The notes beneath the pieces are model-generated. The model saw only the letters and a program-made list of their open reading frames with translations. It ran no database searches and was not told the origin of the DNA. From the NCBI GenBank assembly GCA_018394315.1, contig CP074575.1, positions 930,001-994,000 of the forward strand: DNA of 64,000 nt, written 5' to 3'. Positions 1 to 9,841 of this stretch are shown piece by piece (position 1 is the stretch's first letter; every line of letters starts with the position of its first letter). The stretch comes from Mycoplasmatota bacterium. GTDB taxonomy: Bacteria > Bacillota_I > Bacilli_A > MAG-NZ. The translations under genes and the position numbers were made by a program.

Positions 1-1
1 T

Positions 2-649
2 GAAATTAAAATAGAAGAAAATGTTATTAAGATAAAGGGTGAACAAAAATATAAGCCAAGTGATTATTATGTTGAGGGAGATTATTCACAACTCGCCTTT
101 TTTGCAGTTGCGGGTGTTTTAAATGGTGATATTTCATGTTTAGGAATGAATCACAATTCTCTTCAAGGTGATATAGCCATCATTAAGACTTTAAAAGAAA
201 TGGGTGCAAAGTTAGATATTATAGAGAATGGCTTTATCTTTAAGAAAAGTTTAACTTTAGGGAAAGAGATTGACATCACTCAAACTCCTGATTTAGGTCC
301 AATACTTGCTTTGCTTGCTTCACTTAGCGTTGGAGTGACAATAATTAAGGGTACTGAAAGACTAAAAATAAAGGAATCAAATAGACTAATTACTACCTAT
401 AATACTTTAAAAGAATTAGGTGTTGACATAAGAATAGATAATGATAATTTAATCATTAATGGTAAGAATGAATTAAGAGAAGCAATACTAAAAAGTTATA
501 ATGATCATAGAATCGCGATGATGGGGAGTGTATCTTCAGTTAGGTCCTTAGGAGATGTTGTTATTGAAGATGCAGAAGCAATTAGTAAATCATATCCAGA
601 TTTTTATTATGATTTAATGAAATTAGGTGCTAAAATTATTATAGAATAG
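2..649 (+). CDS. aroA: EPSP synthase, 5'-truncated by window edge
   Basis: Frame open from base 2; EGDYSQLAFF, PDL, RLKESNR-like, DHRIAM and KSYPDF motifs; first of aro cluster. Confidence 0.95.
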   Translation, partial: EIKIEENVIKIKGEQKYKPSDYYVEGDYSQLAFFAVAGVLNGDISCLGMNHNSLQGDIAIIKTLKEMGAKLDIIENGFIFKKSLTLGKEIDITQTPDLGPILALLASLSVGVTIIKGTERLKIKESNRLITTYNTLKELGVDIRIDNDNLIINGKNELREAILKSYNDHRIAMMGSVSSVRSLGDVVIEDAEAISKSYPDFYYDLMKLGAKIIIE

Positions 650-662
650 AGGATATGTAACT

Positions 663-1658
663 ATGAAGATTACTATTTATGCAAGTACGACTTATGATGT
701 AATTATAAAACGTTCTATCTTAGATGAACTAGATAAGCATATTGATTGTACAAAGGAAACAGTTATTATAACTGATAATTTAATCCCAAAAGAATATGTC
801 TCAAAAGTATCTTCATATTTTAATGCGCCTTTAGTAATTGAACTCCCTAGTGGAGAAAATACAAAGTCATTTGAGCACTATATTAATCTCATGACTAAGT
901 TAGTAAATAAGAATGTAACTAGAGCTGTTCAAATAATTGCCTTAGGCGGTGGAGTGATAGGAGATTTATCAGGTTTTGTAGCTAGTACATTTATGCGTGG
1001 AGTCGACTTTATTCAAATTCCAACTACTCTTTTAGCACAGATTGATAGTAGTGTAGGTGGAAAGGTTGCTATTAATCATTTAAGGAAAAATATAATAGGT
1101 TCTTTCTACCAACCTAAAAAAGTAATTATTGACCCTGACACACTAAAAACATTAGAAGATAGACAATTTAACAACGGTGTAGCAGAGATGATTAAGTACG
1201 GATTAATCTATGATAAGAACTTATTTCGAAGAATATTAAACGAAGAAATAAAGAGTAACATTGAAGAATATATATATAGGTGCATAGAGATTAAAAGGGA
1301 TATCGTTGTTGAAGATGAAAGAGATTACGGGAGAAGACACATCTTGAATTTTGGTCACACAGTAGGGCATGCCGTTGAGGTGTTAAGCGATTATGGGTAC
1401 TTACACGGTGAAGCGATAAGCATTGGAATGGTAAGTGTAATTAATGATGAGAGAATTAAGAAAGAAGTTATAAAGGTTTTAAGAAAATATTCTCTGCCTA
1501 CTCACTCTAATTTTAATATTGAAGATATAATTGATAAAGTTAAGAACGATAAAAAAGCTATAAATGATAAAATAAAAATAGTTCTCCTAGATGATATAGG
1601 AAAAGGAAGAATCAAAGAGATTAGCATAAGTGAACTTAAGCAATATATTAGGATGTGA
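663..1658 (+). CDS. aroB: 3-dehydroquinate synthase
   Basis: GGGVIGDL, IPTTLLAQIDSSVGGK, LNFGHTVGH, HGEA motifs. Confidence 0.96.
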   Translation: MKITIYASTTYDVIIKRSILDELDKHIDCTKETVIITDNLIPKEYVSKVSSYFNAPLVIELPSGENTKSFEHYINLMTKLVNKNVTRAVQIIALGGGVIGDLSGFVASTFMRGVDFIQIPTTLLAQIDSSVGGKVAINHLRKNIIGSFYQPKKVIIDPDTLKTLEDRQFNNGVAEMIKYGLIYDKNLFRRILNEEIKSNIEEYIYRCIEIKRDIVVEDERDYGRRHILNFGHTVGHAVEVLSDYGYLHGEAISIGMVSVINDERIKKEVIKVLRKYSLPTHSNFNIEDIIDKVKNDKKAINDKIKIVLLDDIGKGRIKEISISELKQYIRM

Positions 1659-1662
1659 TTTT

Positions 1663-2715
1663 ATGAATAGTTTTGGAAAAGCCATAAGAGTAAATATATT
1701 TGGTGAATCCCACGGACAATTAATAGGGATTACAATCGATGGATTACCTTCTGGGATTAAGTTAGATCTTGATTATATTAAATCAGAACTTGATAAAAGA
1801 AGAAGCAAAACATCACTTACTACACCAAGAAGGGAAAGTGATGATTTTGAAATTGTCAGCGGGTATTTTAATGGCTTTACATCTGGTTCACCTCTTACCT
1901 TCTTAATAAAGAATAATGATGTTAGAAGTAGTGATTATGATAAATTTGTGTTAAGACCTTCACATGCAGATTTTACCGCATTTACAAAATATGATGGGTT
2001 TCAGGATTATAGAGGGGGAGGCCACTTTTCTGGACGGTTAACTGTGTGTATTACAATTATTGGAGCTATCGCTTTAAGTATTCTTAAAAGCAAGGGAATA
2101 GAAGTAAAATCACAAATTAAAGAAATAGGAGACTTTGTTAGTAGTAGTTTTCTAGAGATGGATGTTAATGAGATAAACAATAAAAAAGAAGTTCATGAGA
2201 AGGTTTATGAAATTGTCGATAAAGTGAAAAATAAACACGACTCAATCGGAGGAATAGTAGAGACCGCTATTTTAGGATTAAAAGCTGGAATAGGCGAACC
2301 TTTCTTTGACTCGGTTGAGAGCATATTATCTCATTTAGTTTTTTCTATACCAGGTATCAAAGGTATAGAATTTGGAAGGGGATTTGATTTTGCTCATTTA
2401 ACTGGAAGTGAAGCGAATGATGAATTAAAATATGAAGAGAAAATAATTACTGAAACTAACAATTCAGGAGGTATTAACGGAGGAATATCCAATGGAATGC
2501 CTATAATTGTAAGATCGGTTTTTAGACCTACTCCGACAATCGGAAAACCACAAAGATCTGTTAATTATAAAACTAAGGAGACTTTGAATGTTATCGGTAA
2601 AGGAAGACATGATCCTGCTATTATTTTAAGAGGATTTCATGTTGTTAATAGCATAATTGCTCTTGGAATTTTAGATTTGATTGTAAGAACTGAGGGTGTA
2701 AAATGGATAAGATAA
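1663..2715 (+). CDS. aroC: chorismate synthase
   Basis: GESHG, RPSHAD, RGGGHFSGR, GGISNG, GRHDP; ATG at 1663 after aroB stop. Confidence 0.96.
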   Translation: MNSFGKAIRVNIFGESHGQLIGITIDGLPSGIKLDLDYIKSELDKRRSKTSLTTPRRESDDFEIVSGYFNGFTSGSPLTFLIKNNDVRSSDYDKFVLRPSHADFTAFTKYDGFQDYRGGGHFSGRLTVCITIIGAIALSILKSKGIEVKSQIKEIGDFVSSSFLEMDVNEINNKKEVHEKVYEIVDKVKNKHDSIGGIVETAILGLKAGIGEPFFDSVESILSHLVFSIPGIKGIEFGRGFDFAHLTGSEANDELKYEEKIITETNNSGGINGGISNGMPIIVRSVFRPTPTIGKPQRSVNYKTKETLNVIGKGRHDPAIILRGFHVVNSIIALGILDLIVRTEGVKWIR

Positions 2716-2948
2716 AGGAACTTAGAGATAAGATAGATAAAATTGATGAACAGATATTCAGACTTTTTGATGAACGTTTTAAAATAACAGCTGAAGTTGG
2801 TAGATATAAAAAAGATAAAGGTATTGAGGTAACTCATTCAAATAGAGAAGCTGATATCTTATCAAAAATAGGTAAATTTGAGTTTAATGAAGAAATTAAG
2901 GAGTTATATTGTATATTATTTGAGATAAGTAAAAGACAACAGAGGTAA
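2703..2948 (+). CDS. chorismate mutase (AroQ class, monofunctional)
   Basis: LRDKIDKIDEQI..R....VG.YK......RE pattern; in aro operon. Confidence 0.88.
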   Translation: MDKIKELRDKIDKIDEQIFRLFDERFKITAEVGRYKKDKGIEVTHSNREADILSKIGKFEFNEEIKELYCILFEISKRQQR

Positions 2949-2952
2949 TCAT

Positions 2953-4179
2953 ATGTTTTACTTAATAGGGAAGACTTTAAAACATAGTTTAAGTGAATTT
3001 ATTCATCAGAGATTGAGTTCGATAAATTATAAATGTTTAGAACTCGATTCACTCGATGACTTTTTCCTTGAGAAAAATTTTAAGGGACTAAATGTCACTA
3101 TCCCCTATAAAGAAGAAGTAATTAAATATTTAGATTTGATAGATGAAAAAGCTAATAAAATAGGAGCAGTTAATACAATAATAAACAATGATGGAATACT
3201 TACGGGGTTTAATACTGATTACGATGGATTTAAAGCTCTTTTAGTAAAAAACGAAATTAAGGTTAAAGACAAAAGAGTGTTAATTTTAGGTACAGGTGGA
3301 AGTAGCAAAACAGTAAGAGAAGTGTGTAAGGATTTAGAAGCGAGATCAATAACATTTTGTTCTCGTAGCAAGAAGAAAAATTGCCTTAGTTATGATGAAG
3401 TCGTAACCTTTGATTTTGAGCTTGTGATCAATACTACTCCTGTTGGAATGTCACCTAATAATGATTCCGATTTATTATTAGACCTAAATGAATTTGTGAG
3501 TTTAGAAACTGTCATCGATTTAATTTATAATCCATTGTCAACTAAATTACTCCTAAGTGCCAAAGAGAACATCAAAGTTGTAAATGGACTATATATGTTG
3601 GTTTATCAAGCTTACGCAGCTCATAAAAATTTCATAGAAGAAGAAATTAATATAGATATAATTGATGAGATATACTTAGAACTATTACATAATAATGTAA
3701 ACATAGTTCTAATAGGGATGCCGATGAGTGGTAAAAGTACTTATGGAAAACTCTTGAGTGATAAACTCAACATGGATTTTGTTGATATCGATAAAGAAAT
3801 CGTTAAAAGAGAAAAGGAAACTATTGTAGATATATTTAAAGATGGAGAAAGTTACTTTAGGGACATTGAAAGTCAAGTGGTTTTAGATATTGCTAAAATG
3901 CATAACTTAGTCATCTCGACAGGTGGAGGAGTAATAAAAAGAAAATCAAATATCGATGCCTTAAAGCAAAATGGTATTATCGTATTTTTGGACCGAGACT
4001 TAGATGAGATTTTAGACTCTGATAATTCAAATAGACCACTTATTACCGACAAACAATCTATTATTAATTTATACATAGAGAGAATCAATTTATATTATAA
4101 TTATGCTGACTTGATTTTAAAAAATCATCAACTTAGTAAGGAGGAGCTTTATGAGATTATTAATTCTAAATGGGCCTAA
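2953..4179 (+). CDS. aroE: shikimate dehydrogenase-shikimate kinase fusion (AroE-AroK)
   Basis: N-half HSLS, NVTIPYK, GAVNT, NTD, GTGG, DLIYNP; C-half GMPMSGKST, FRDIE, STGGG, RPL. Confidence 0.93.
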   Translation: MFYLIGKTLKHSLSEFIHQRLSSINYKCLELDSLDDFFLEKNFKGLNVTIPYKEEVIKYLDLIDEKANKIGAVNTIINNDGILTGFNTDYDGFKALLVKNEIKVKDKRVLILGTGGSSKTVREVCKDLEARSITFCSRSKKKNCLSYDEVVTFDFELVINTTPVGMSPNNDSDLLLDLNEFVSLETVIDLIYNPLSTKLLLSAKENIKVVNGLYMLVYQAYAAHKNFIEEEINIDIIDEIYLELLHNNVNIVLIGMPMSGKSTYGKLLSDKLNMDFVDIDKEIVKREKETIVDIFKDGESYFRDIESQVVLDIAKMHNLVISTGGGVIKRKSNIDALKQNGIIVFLDRDLDEILDSDNSNRPLITDKQSIINLYIERINLYYNYADLILKNHQLSKEELYEIINSKWA

Positions 4180-4579
4180 TCTTAACATGCTTGGCTTAAG
4201 AGAACCAAATGTATATGGAAATAAAAATTATAGAGATTTAAAAAAGTATATAAAGAATTATTGTAAAAAGCATAATATTTCTGTTAAGATTATTCAAACA
4301 AATAACGAATCTAAATATTTAGCTAATATTCATAAAGCAAATTCTAGATATGACTATATCATTTTGAATCCTGGTGCATGGACCCATTATTCGTACTCTA
4401 TAAGGGATGCGATATCTTCTATAGATGTACCGTGTTATGAAGTGCATTTAACCGATATAAAAAATAGAGAAGATTTTAGAAAAATATCTGTGATAAGAGG
4501 TGTATGTGTTGATTCAGTTAAAGGACTGGGGTTTGATAGTTATACTAAAGCAATAAAAAAGATGAGGGATAAATTATGA
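4151..4579 (+). CDS. aroQ: type II 3-dehydroquinate dehydratase
   Basis: LNGPNLNMLG.REP..YG, NPGAWTHYS, EVHLT, REDFR. Confidence 0.95.
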   Translation: MRLLILNGPNLNMLGLREPNVYGNKNYRDLKKYIKNYCKKHNISVKIIQTNNESKYLANIHKANSRYDYIILNPGAWTHYSYSIRDAISSIDVPCYEVHLTDIKNREDFRKISVIRGVCVDSVKGLGFDSYTKAIKKMRDKL

Positions 4580-5589
4580 TAATTAAAGTAAGAGGACGTA
4601 GTAAGGAATCTGAGATTAATAGACTTAAAAAACATTTAAATGATAGTGGTTTTGAGTTACATGTTTCACAAGGAATAAATCATCTTATTATTGGTGTGAT
4701 TGGTGATACTGTAGCCTATGACACTAGGGGACTTTATGGTTTTGAATGTGTTGAAAGTGTAATAAGAATTCAAGAACCATATCGTCAAGCAAACATAAAA
4801 TTTAAGACATCTAAAACTATTGTTGATGTAGGTGGAGTAAGAGTTGGTGGGGATAAAATAATTCTTATAGCTGGACCTTGCTCTGTTGAATCTATGGATT
4901 CATTCATGAAAATCGCAGAGGAAGTGAATAAGCTTGGTGCTGATTGTATGCGAGGTGGCGCATACAAACCTAGAACTAGTCCATATGCTTTTCAAGGATT
5001 AGAGCTTGAAGGATTAAAGATAATGGATAAAGCTAAAGGTAAGTATAATATGCCAATTGTAAGTGAAATTATGTCAATGGATAAAATAGATGAGTTTGAA
5101 AAGTATGTTGACTTAGTACAAGTTGGTGCTAGAAATATGCAAAACTTTGAATTACTGAAAGCGTTAGGTAAAATCAGTAAACCAATTTTACTTAAACGCG
5201 GGTTTTCTAATACTGTTCAAGAATGGATAATGTCTGCTGAGTATATCCTTGCTAGTGGTAATCCAAATGTAATTCTTTGTGAAAGGGGAATAAGAACATT
5301 TGAAAATTATACTAGAAACACTCTAGATGTAAGTGCTATATTAGCTGCCAAGAGATTAACACATCTACCAATAATAGTAGATCCATCCCACGCAGCAGGT
5401 AGATGGGAATTAGTTGAAGATTTATCAAAGGCTGCGATTGCAGCAGGAGCCGATGGATTAATAATAGAAGTTCATACTAATCCTGAAGAAGCAATGAGTG
5501 ATGGAGCACAAAGTTTGAAACCGAGTAAATTCAAAGAGTTAATTAAATCATGCAGAAAAATCGCAAGTGCGGTTGAGAGGGACTTATAA
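4576..5589 (+). CDS. aroF: DAHP synthase type I-beta with N-terminal regulatory domain
   Basis: AGPCSVES, GGAYKPRTSPYAFQG, GARNMQNF, LCERGIRTF, DPSH, SDG.QSL. Confidence 0.95.
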   Translation: MIIKVRGRSKESEINRLKKHLNDSGFELHVSQGINHLIIGVIGDTVAYDTRGLYGFECVESVIRIQEPYRQANIKFKTSKTIVDVGGVRVGGDKIILIAGPCSVESMDSFMKIAEEVNKLGADCMRGGAYKPRTSPYAFQGLELEGLKIMDKAKGKYNMPIVSEIMSMDKIDEFEKYVDLVQVGARNMQNFELLKALGKISKPILLKRGFSNTVQEWIMSAEYILASGNPNVILCERGIRTFENYTRNTLDVSAILAAKRLTHLPIIVDPSHAAGRWELVEDLSKAAIAAGADGLIIEVHTNPEEAMSDGAQSLKPSKFKELIKSCRKIASAVERDL

Positions 5590-6005
5590 TGTTTAAAGAA
5601 AAAGAGATTGAAGTAAGATACGCAGAAACAGATCAAATGGGTGTGGTTTATCATGGGAATTACGTAGTTTGGTATGATATTGGTAGAACTCACTTCTATG
5701 AAGACTTTGGTTTCAGTATGCAAGAAGATGATAAAAATGGATTAGTTTATCCAGTTAGAGATATTTCTATAAGATATTTGTCACCTGTTCGATTTGGTGA
5801 AAAGATAAAAGTAACTACGAAAATTCATAAGTTAAAGAAAGCTAGTACTATTTATTATCAAGAGATTGTAAATTTTGAAGGTGAATTAAAATCCACTTGT
5901 TACGTAACTGTTGCTGCAGTTGATAAAATAACTTTTAAACTAATGAGACTGAGCGAAGTTAGACCAGATATATATGAAAAATATTTAGAATACTATAAAG
6001 AATAA
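5589..6005 (+). CDS. acyl-CoA thioesterase (YbgC/4HBT hot-dog family)
   Basis: VRYAETDQMGVVYHGNY motif; TAATG overlap with aroF. Confidence 0.9.
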   Translation: MFKEKEIEVRYAETDQMGVVYHGNYVVWYDIGRTHFYEDFGFSMQEDDKNGLVYPVRDISIRYLSPVRFGEKIKVTTKIHKLKKASTIYYQEIVNFEGELKSTCYVTVAAVDKITFKLMRLSEVRPDIYEKYLEYYKE

Positions 6006-6028
6006 GATGACTTTTTTAAGTCATCTTA
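6003..6028 (+). terminator. hairpin after aro-thioesterase operon
   Basis: TAAGATGACT-tttt-ta-AGTCATCTTA inverted repeat; no clear U-tract. Confidence 0.55.
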
Positions 6029-6085
6029 CATTTATAATGAAAAATACTGTATAATGTAACTTAGTATTGAATGTGAGTGGGGAAT

Positions 6086-7456
6086 ATGTTAAAAAATAGG
6101 GTGAAATTAGTTTACGGAATAGGTGGACTAGGAAAAAACATGATGTTTGCGATGAGTACAATCATGAGCATCTATTTAACGGATTATGTAGGTGTATCAC
6201 CAATGTTTGTTGGTGGTCTTGTTTTAGTTGTACGAGCTTGGGATGCAATTAATGATCTTATTATGGGAAACATTGTTGATAATACAAAGAGTAAATGGGG
6301 TAAATTTAGGCCTTGGATATTAACTGGGGCCATTTTGAATGCGATTACTCTTTTATTTTTGTATTATAAGCCTGATTTACCTGTAAATAGTATGAGCATG
6401 TTAATTTATATAACTGTTTTTTACACTCTATGGGGGATGACCTATACTCTTTTAGATATTCCATTCTGGGCTTTAATACCCGCACTTAGTAAAGATCAAA
6501 AAGAAAGAGAAAATCTATCCGTAATTGCGAGAATTTTCAGTAATATTGGACTATTTATTATTGCTTCACCCTATGTAATTATTGTAAAATATCTTGGTGG
6601 TGGAGAATCCGACGCACAAAAACTTAGTGGTTTCTTTCTGTTAGCTTGTATTGTAGCAGGAGTTTTCATAGTGACTCAATTATTGATTGTGATATTTGTA
6701 AGAGAAAACAAGCATGAAACAAAAAATAAAATTACGCTTAAGAAGACTGTAGAAATACTACTAAAAAATGACCAATTACAAGTGATTGTAGTTGCAGTGG
6801 TAGTTTTTAATTTAGTATTATATATAAGTTCTGGTATGGTACATTACTTTTTTAAATATGATGTAGGTGATGAAAATCTAGTTACCCCTTTTGTAGCCAG
6901 TGGAGGAATTTCTATGGTCATTGCATCCATAGTCTATCCAAACTTGTCTAGATTTCTTAATAGGAAAAGAATGTTTCAATTATCAATTATTCTACCTATC
7001 TTGGGTTGTCTTGGTTTGTTCATAGTATCTTTCTTCTTAAAGAATTCATTCATAAGCCTTGTCGCAACTAGTAGTTTAGTGTTTTTTGGTATCGGGTTAT
7101 CAATGATTACTCTTACTATTCTTTTATCCAATGTAGTTGAATATGGAGAATGGAAGTTTGGGGAGAGAACTGAAGGAGTAGTATTTAGTGTCCAGACATT
7201 CATTGTTAAACTTTCAAGCGCCATATCTAGTGGATTGATCGGGATAGGACTTAGTGTTATTGGTTATAAAAAGGACGCTGTTTTGGGTGCAACAACATTA
7301 GTAGGAATGAGAATTATGATGTTTCTGCTACCCATAATTGGTCTGATGTTTGCATTAATTATATTTAATAAACATTTTAAGCTTGACGAGAACACATATG
7401 AAAATATAGTTTCAGATCTTGAAAAGCGTAGTGAAAGAGCTGGTGATTTACTATGA
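6086..7456 (+). CDS. glycoside-pentoside-hexuronide (MelB-like) cation symporter
   Basis: WDAINDLIMG..VD.TKSKWGKFRPW, DIPFWAL, VEYGEWK.G.R.EG; ~12 hydrophobic segments. Confidence 0.9.
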   Translation: MLKNRVKLVYGIGGLGKNMMFAMSTIMSIYLTDYVGVSPMFVGGLVLVVRAWDAINDLIMGNIVDNTKSKWGKFRPWILTGAILNAITLLFLYYKPDLPVNSMSMLIYITVFYTLWGMTYTLLDIPFWALIPALSKDQKERENLSVIARIFSNIGLFIIASPYVIIVKYLGGGESDAQKLSGFFLLACIVAGVFIVTQLLIVIFVRENKHETKNKITLKKTVEILLKNDQLQVIVVAVVVFNLVLYISSGMVHYFFKYDVGDENLVTPFVASGGISMVIASIVYPNLSRFLNRKRMFQLSIILPILGCLGLFIVSFFLKNSFISLVATSSLVFFGIGLSMITLTILLSNVVEYGEWKFGERTEGVVFSVQTFIVKLSSAISSGLIGIGLSVIGYKKDAVLGATTLVGMRIMMFLLPIIGLMFALIIFNKHFKLDENTYENIVSDLEKRSERAGDLL

Positions 7457-8349
7457 AAAGATTAGGGTATCTATCTGTATTTGCTACTACCCTTATTTGG
7501 GGATTTTCCTTTGTTAGTATAAAGATTGTTTTAGAAGTATTTACTCCGGTAGGAATAGTCTTCTTTAGATACGCAATTGCTTCATTATTTTTTTTGTTTA
7601 TGATGATTAAAAATAAAGAGAGCTTCAAATTAAGAAAAGAGGATATATTCTTATTGATTGCAAGTTCATTACTTGGTGTTGTATTATATTTCTATGCGGA
7701 GAGTAAGGGAATAGATTTATTAAATGCTTCATCAGCTTCTATAATTTTGTCATTAGTCCCTTTAGTAATAATGATTTCCAATTACTTTATTCATAAAGAA
7801 AGATTATCTAAAACTAAAACACTTGCGATTTTAGCTTCAGTATTAGGCGTAATCATATTATTTGTTAATGACTTGAGTTTTACCAAAGAAAGCTTTATTG
7901 GATATGTTTTTATGATTTTAGCTGTATTCTTATGGGCATTTTATTCGGAATCGTCTTCAAGATTAACCAAAAAATATTCTGAGTTAAAAACTACATCGTT
8001 TCAAGCATTTATTGCTTTATTAATCTTTGCACCACTTATGTTATTTCAAGATATTAATTATTCTATAGTTACTTTATTACATTGGATGAATATACTGTTT
8101 TTAGGTTTAATTTCATCTGCGATAGGATTTTTCTTATATGTTTATTCAATTAAGAAAATAGGTGCAACTGAAACAGGTCTTTTCGTGAATTTCATCCCTG
8201 CGGTAACATTTTTATTTGGATTTATAATTCTAGATGAACAGTTACAGGTCAATCAAATTCTTGGTGGATTAATTATAATAATTGCGATGACAGTGTCAGT
8301 TATTGATGACTTGAAAACGAAAGAAAAATATTCTCTAGAATTGTCTTGA
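7453..8349 (+). CDS. DMT/EamA family transporter
   Basis: IWG.SF, two EamA-like halves, ~10 TM segments. Confidence 0.88.
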   Translation: MKRLGYLSVFATTLIWGFSFVSIKIVLEVFTPVGIVFFRYAIASLFFLFMMIKNKESFKLRKEDIFLLIASSLLGVVLYFYAESKGIDLLNASSASIILSLVPLVIMISNYFIHKERLSKTKTLAILASVLGVIILFVNDLSFTKESFIGYVFMILAVFLWAFYSESSSRLTKKYSELKTTSFQAFIALLIFAPLMLFQDINYSIVTLLHWMNILFLGLISSAIGFFLYVYSIKKIGATETGLFVNFIPAVTFLFGFIILDEQLQVNQILGGLIIIIAMTVSVIDDLKTKEKYSLELS

Positions 8350-8373
8350 CTATTGAATCATAGAATGTATAAT
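8346..8373 (+). promoter_or_regulatory. sigma-A-like promoter of cobalamin-riboswitch unit
   Basis: TTGACT-16 nt-TATAAT just before the riboswitch. Confidence 0.6.
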
Positions 8374-8381
8374 AAGAATGA

Positions 8382-8526
8382 GTTTTGGTGTTGTTACTTA
8401 ATAAGGAATTAGGTTAGAATCCTAAGCTGTCCCAGCAACCGTGATACTGACGAAATCTCAAATACCACTGCACTAGCGGGAAGGTGAGAAAGTAGGATGA
8501 AGTTAAGTCGGTAGACTTGCCAAAAC
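8382..8526 (+). ncRNA. cobalamin riboswitch
   Basis: P1 GTTTTGG/CCAAAAC; TAATAAGGAA, CTGTCCC.GCAACCGT, CCACTG..GGGAAGG and B12-box-like AAGTCGGTAGACTTGCC; upstream of ECF-type genes. Confidence 0.9.
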
Positions 8527-8586
8527 AATTGATGTCTCCTGGGTTTGAGAAGAATCATCAAAAGTGGTTTCTTTTGATAGATTTTT

Positions 8587-8616
8587 AACTCACACGCAAG
8601 AGTGTGAGTTTTTTTC
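8587..8616 (+). terminator. riboswitch expression-platform terminator
   Basis: AACTCACAC-gcaaga-GTGTGAGTT followed by T-run, before the 8652 ORF. Confidence 0.8.
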
Positions 8617-8651
8617 ATTTTAGGAGCAAAACTTAGAGAAGGAGAAGATTT

Positions 8652-9023
8652 ATGAAAAGAGTTTGGTTAGCGTTATTGTTAAGTTTTGCATTAGTAGGTT
8701 GTACGAATGGAACAGAAGGGGAAAAGTGTATCACGGTAGAGGTAGTATATACTGATGAAGATATCGATGATGACATTGAATTCTGTACTGATTCAGAGTT
8801 CTTGCTTGGAGCACTAGAAGAGAATAAAGAAGAATTAGGTTTAGAAACTAAGGATTTTGATTTTGGTACTAGTGTTACAGGATTAAAAAATTATAATTTT
8901 GAAACACTTAACCTAAAGTATTACTGGGCTATTTATGTCAATGGTGAATATGGACTATTCGGAGCTTCAGACCAACCAGTAAATGACGGGGATGTGTTCA
9001 AATTTGAAGCCACTGCATGGTAG
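8652..9023 (+). CDS. lipoprotein, DUF4430-like (putative cobalamin-binding)
   Basis: lipobox LVGC; YWAIYVNGEY...GA....V.DGD.F.F pattern; under B12 riboswitch. Confidence 0.75.
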   Translation: MKRVWLALLLSFALVGCTNGTEGEKCITVEVVYTDEDIDDDIEFCTDSEFLLGALEENKEELGLETKDFDFGTSVTGLKNYNFETLNLKYYWAIYVNGEYGLFGASDQPVNDGDVFKFEATAW

Positions 9024-9525
9024 TGTTAGAGAAATTGTATTAATTAGTACTCTATCGATTCTCATTACTGTGGGAAAATTGACATTAGCTAGTATCCCAA
9101 ATATTGAAGTAGTTTCGTTTTTGTTCATAACTTATGCGGTTGTGGTTGGATTTAAAAGAACTATGCTTATATCAATAGTGTTTACGACTACAGAAATATT
9201 GATTTGGGGATTTGGTATTTGGACATTTGGATATTACATGTTTTGGCCGTTGCTTGTTGTTATTGCTAGCGTTTTAGACACTAAAATAAAAAGAACAATC
9301 GGATGGGCAATTGTATCTGGATTATTTGGTTTATCATTTGGATTACTGTTTGCAATCTATTCTGCACCATTAACAGGAGTAAATGTCTTTGCTTATTGGA
9401 TGAGTGGAATTAGTTTTGATGTAATTCATATGATAGGTAACTTTGTAGTTATGTTAGTACTATTTAATCCTATTAAGAGCGTGTTGGAGAGACAAATTCA
9501 GAAATGGAATATTAATAAAATATAA
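8983..9525 (+). CDS. ECF transporter S-component (CbrT-like, cobalamin); start uncertain
   Basis: hydrophobic; IPNIE, GL.FG, FDVIH..GN; riboswitch context. Confidence 0.78.
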   Translation: MTGMCSNLKPLHGSVREIVLISTLSILITVGKLTLASIPNIEVVSFLFITYAVVVGFKRTMLISIVFTTTEILIWGFGIWTFGYYMFWPLLVVIASVLDTKIKRTIGWAIVSGLFGLSFGLLFAIYSAPLTGVNVFAYWMSGISFDVIHMIGNFVVMLVLFNPIKSVLERQIQKWNINKI

Positions 9526-9565
9526 TAAAACTTGTCTGTTAAGGAACGAGGTCAAATTATAATTA

Positions 9566-9600
9566 GGTATCATTCTGTTTGTTGAATGGTACCTTTTTTG
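9566..9600 (+). terminator. intrinsic terminator
   Basis: AGGTATCATTC...GAATGGTACCT followed by T-run. Confidence 0.7.
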
Positions 9601-9841
9601 TAAGTTATGAGGTAGAAAACTCTATTTGTTTGACTCTAGGAAAAGAACTTCTTTTTCGGATACTGAAAAGTTGCTAATTCAAGTTAGATAGTAGGATGAA
9701 GTAATAGTTGTATCGGAAATCATTATGTTTCCCTTACTGTATATTGATTCATCGACAAGATTCGTATATTATGGAATTGTGCAAAAAGTAAGGAAAATAC
9801 ACAAAAATGTTGACTATTTTATATATAAAAGGGGTGTGTTG

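Noticed and set aside
8409..8618. Minus-strand 69-aa ORF (likewise 22846-23043)
   Set aside because: They overlap the cobalamin and lysine riboswitches, which explain the sequence better.
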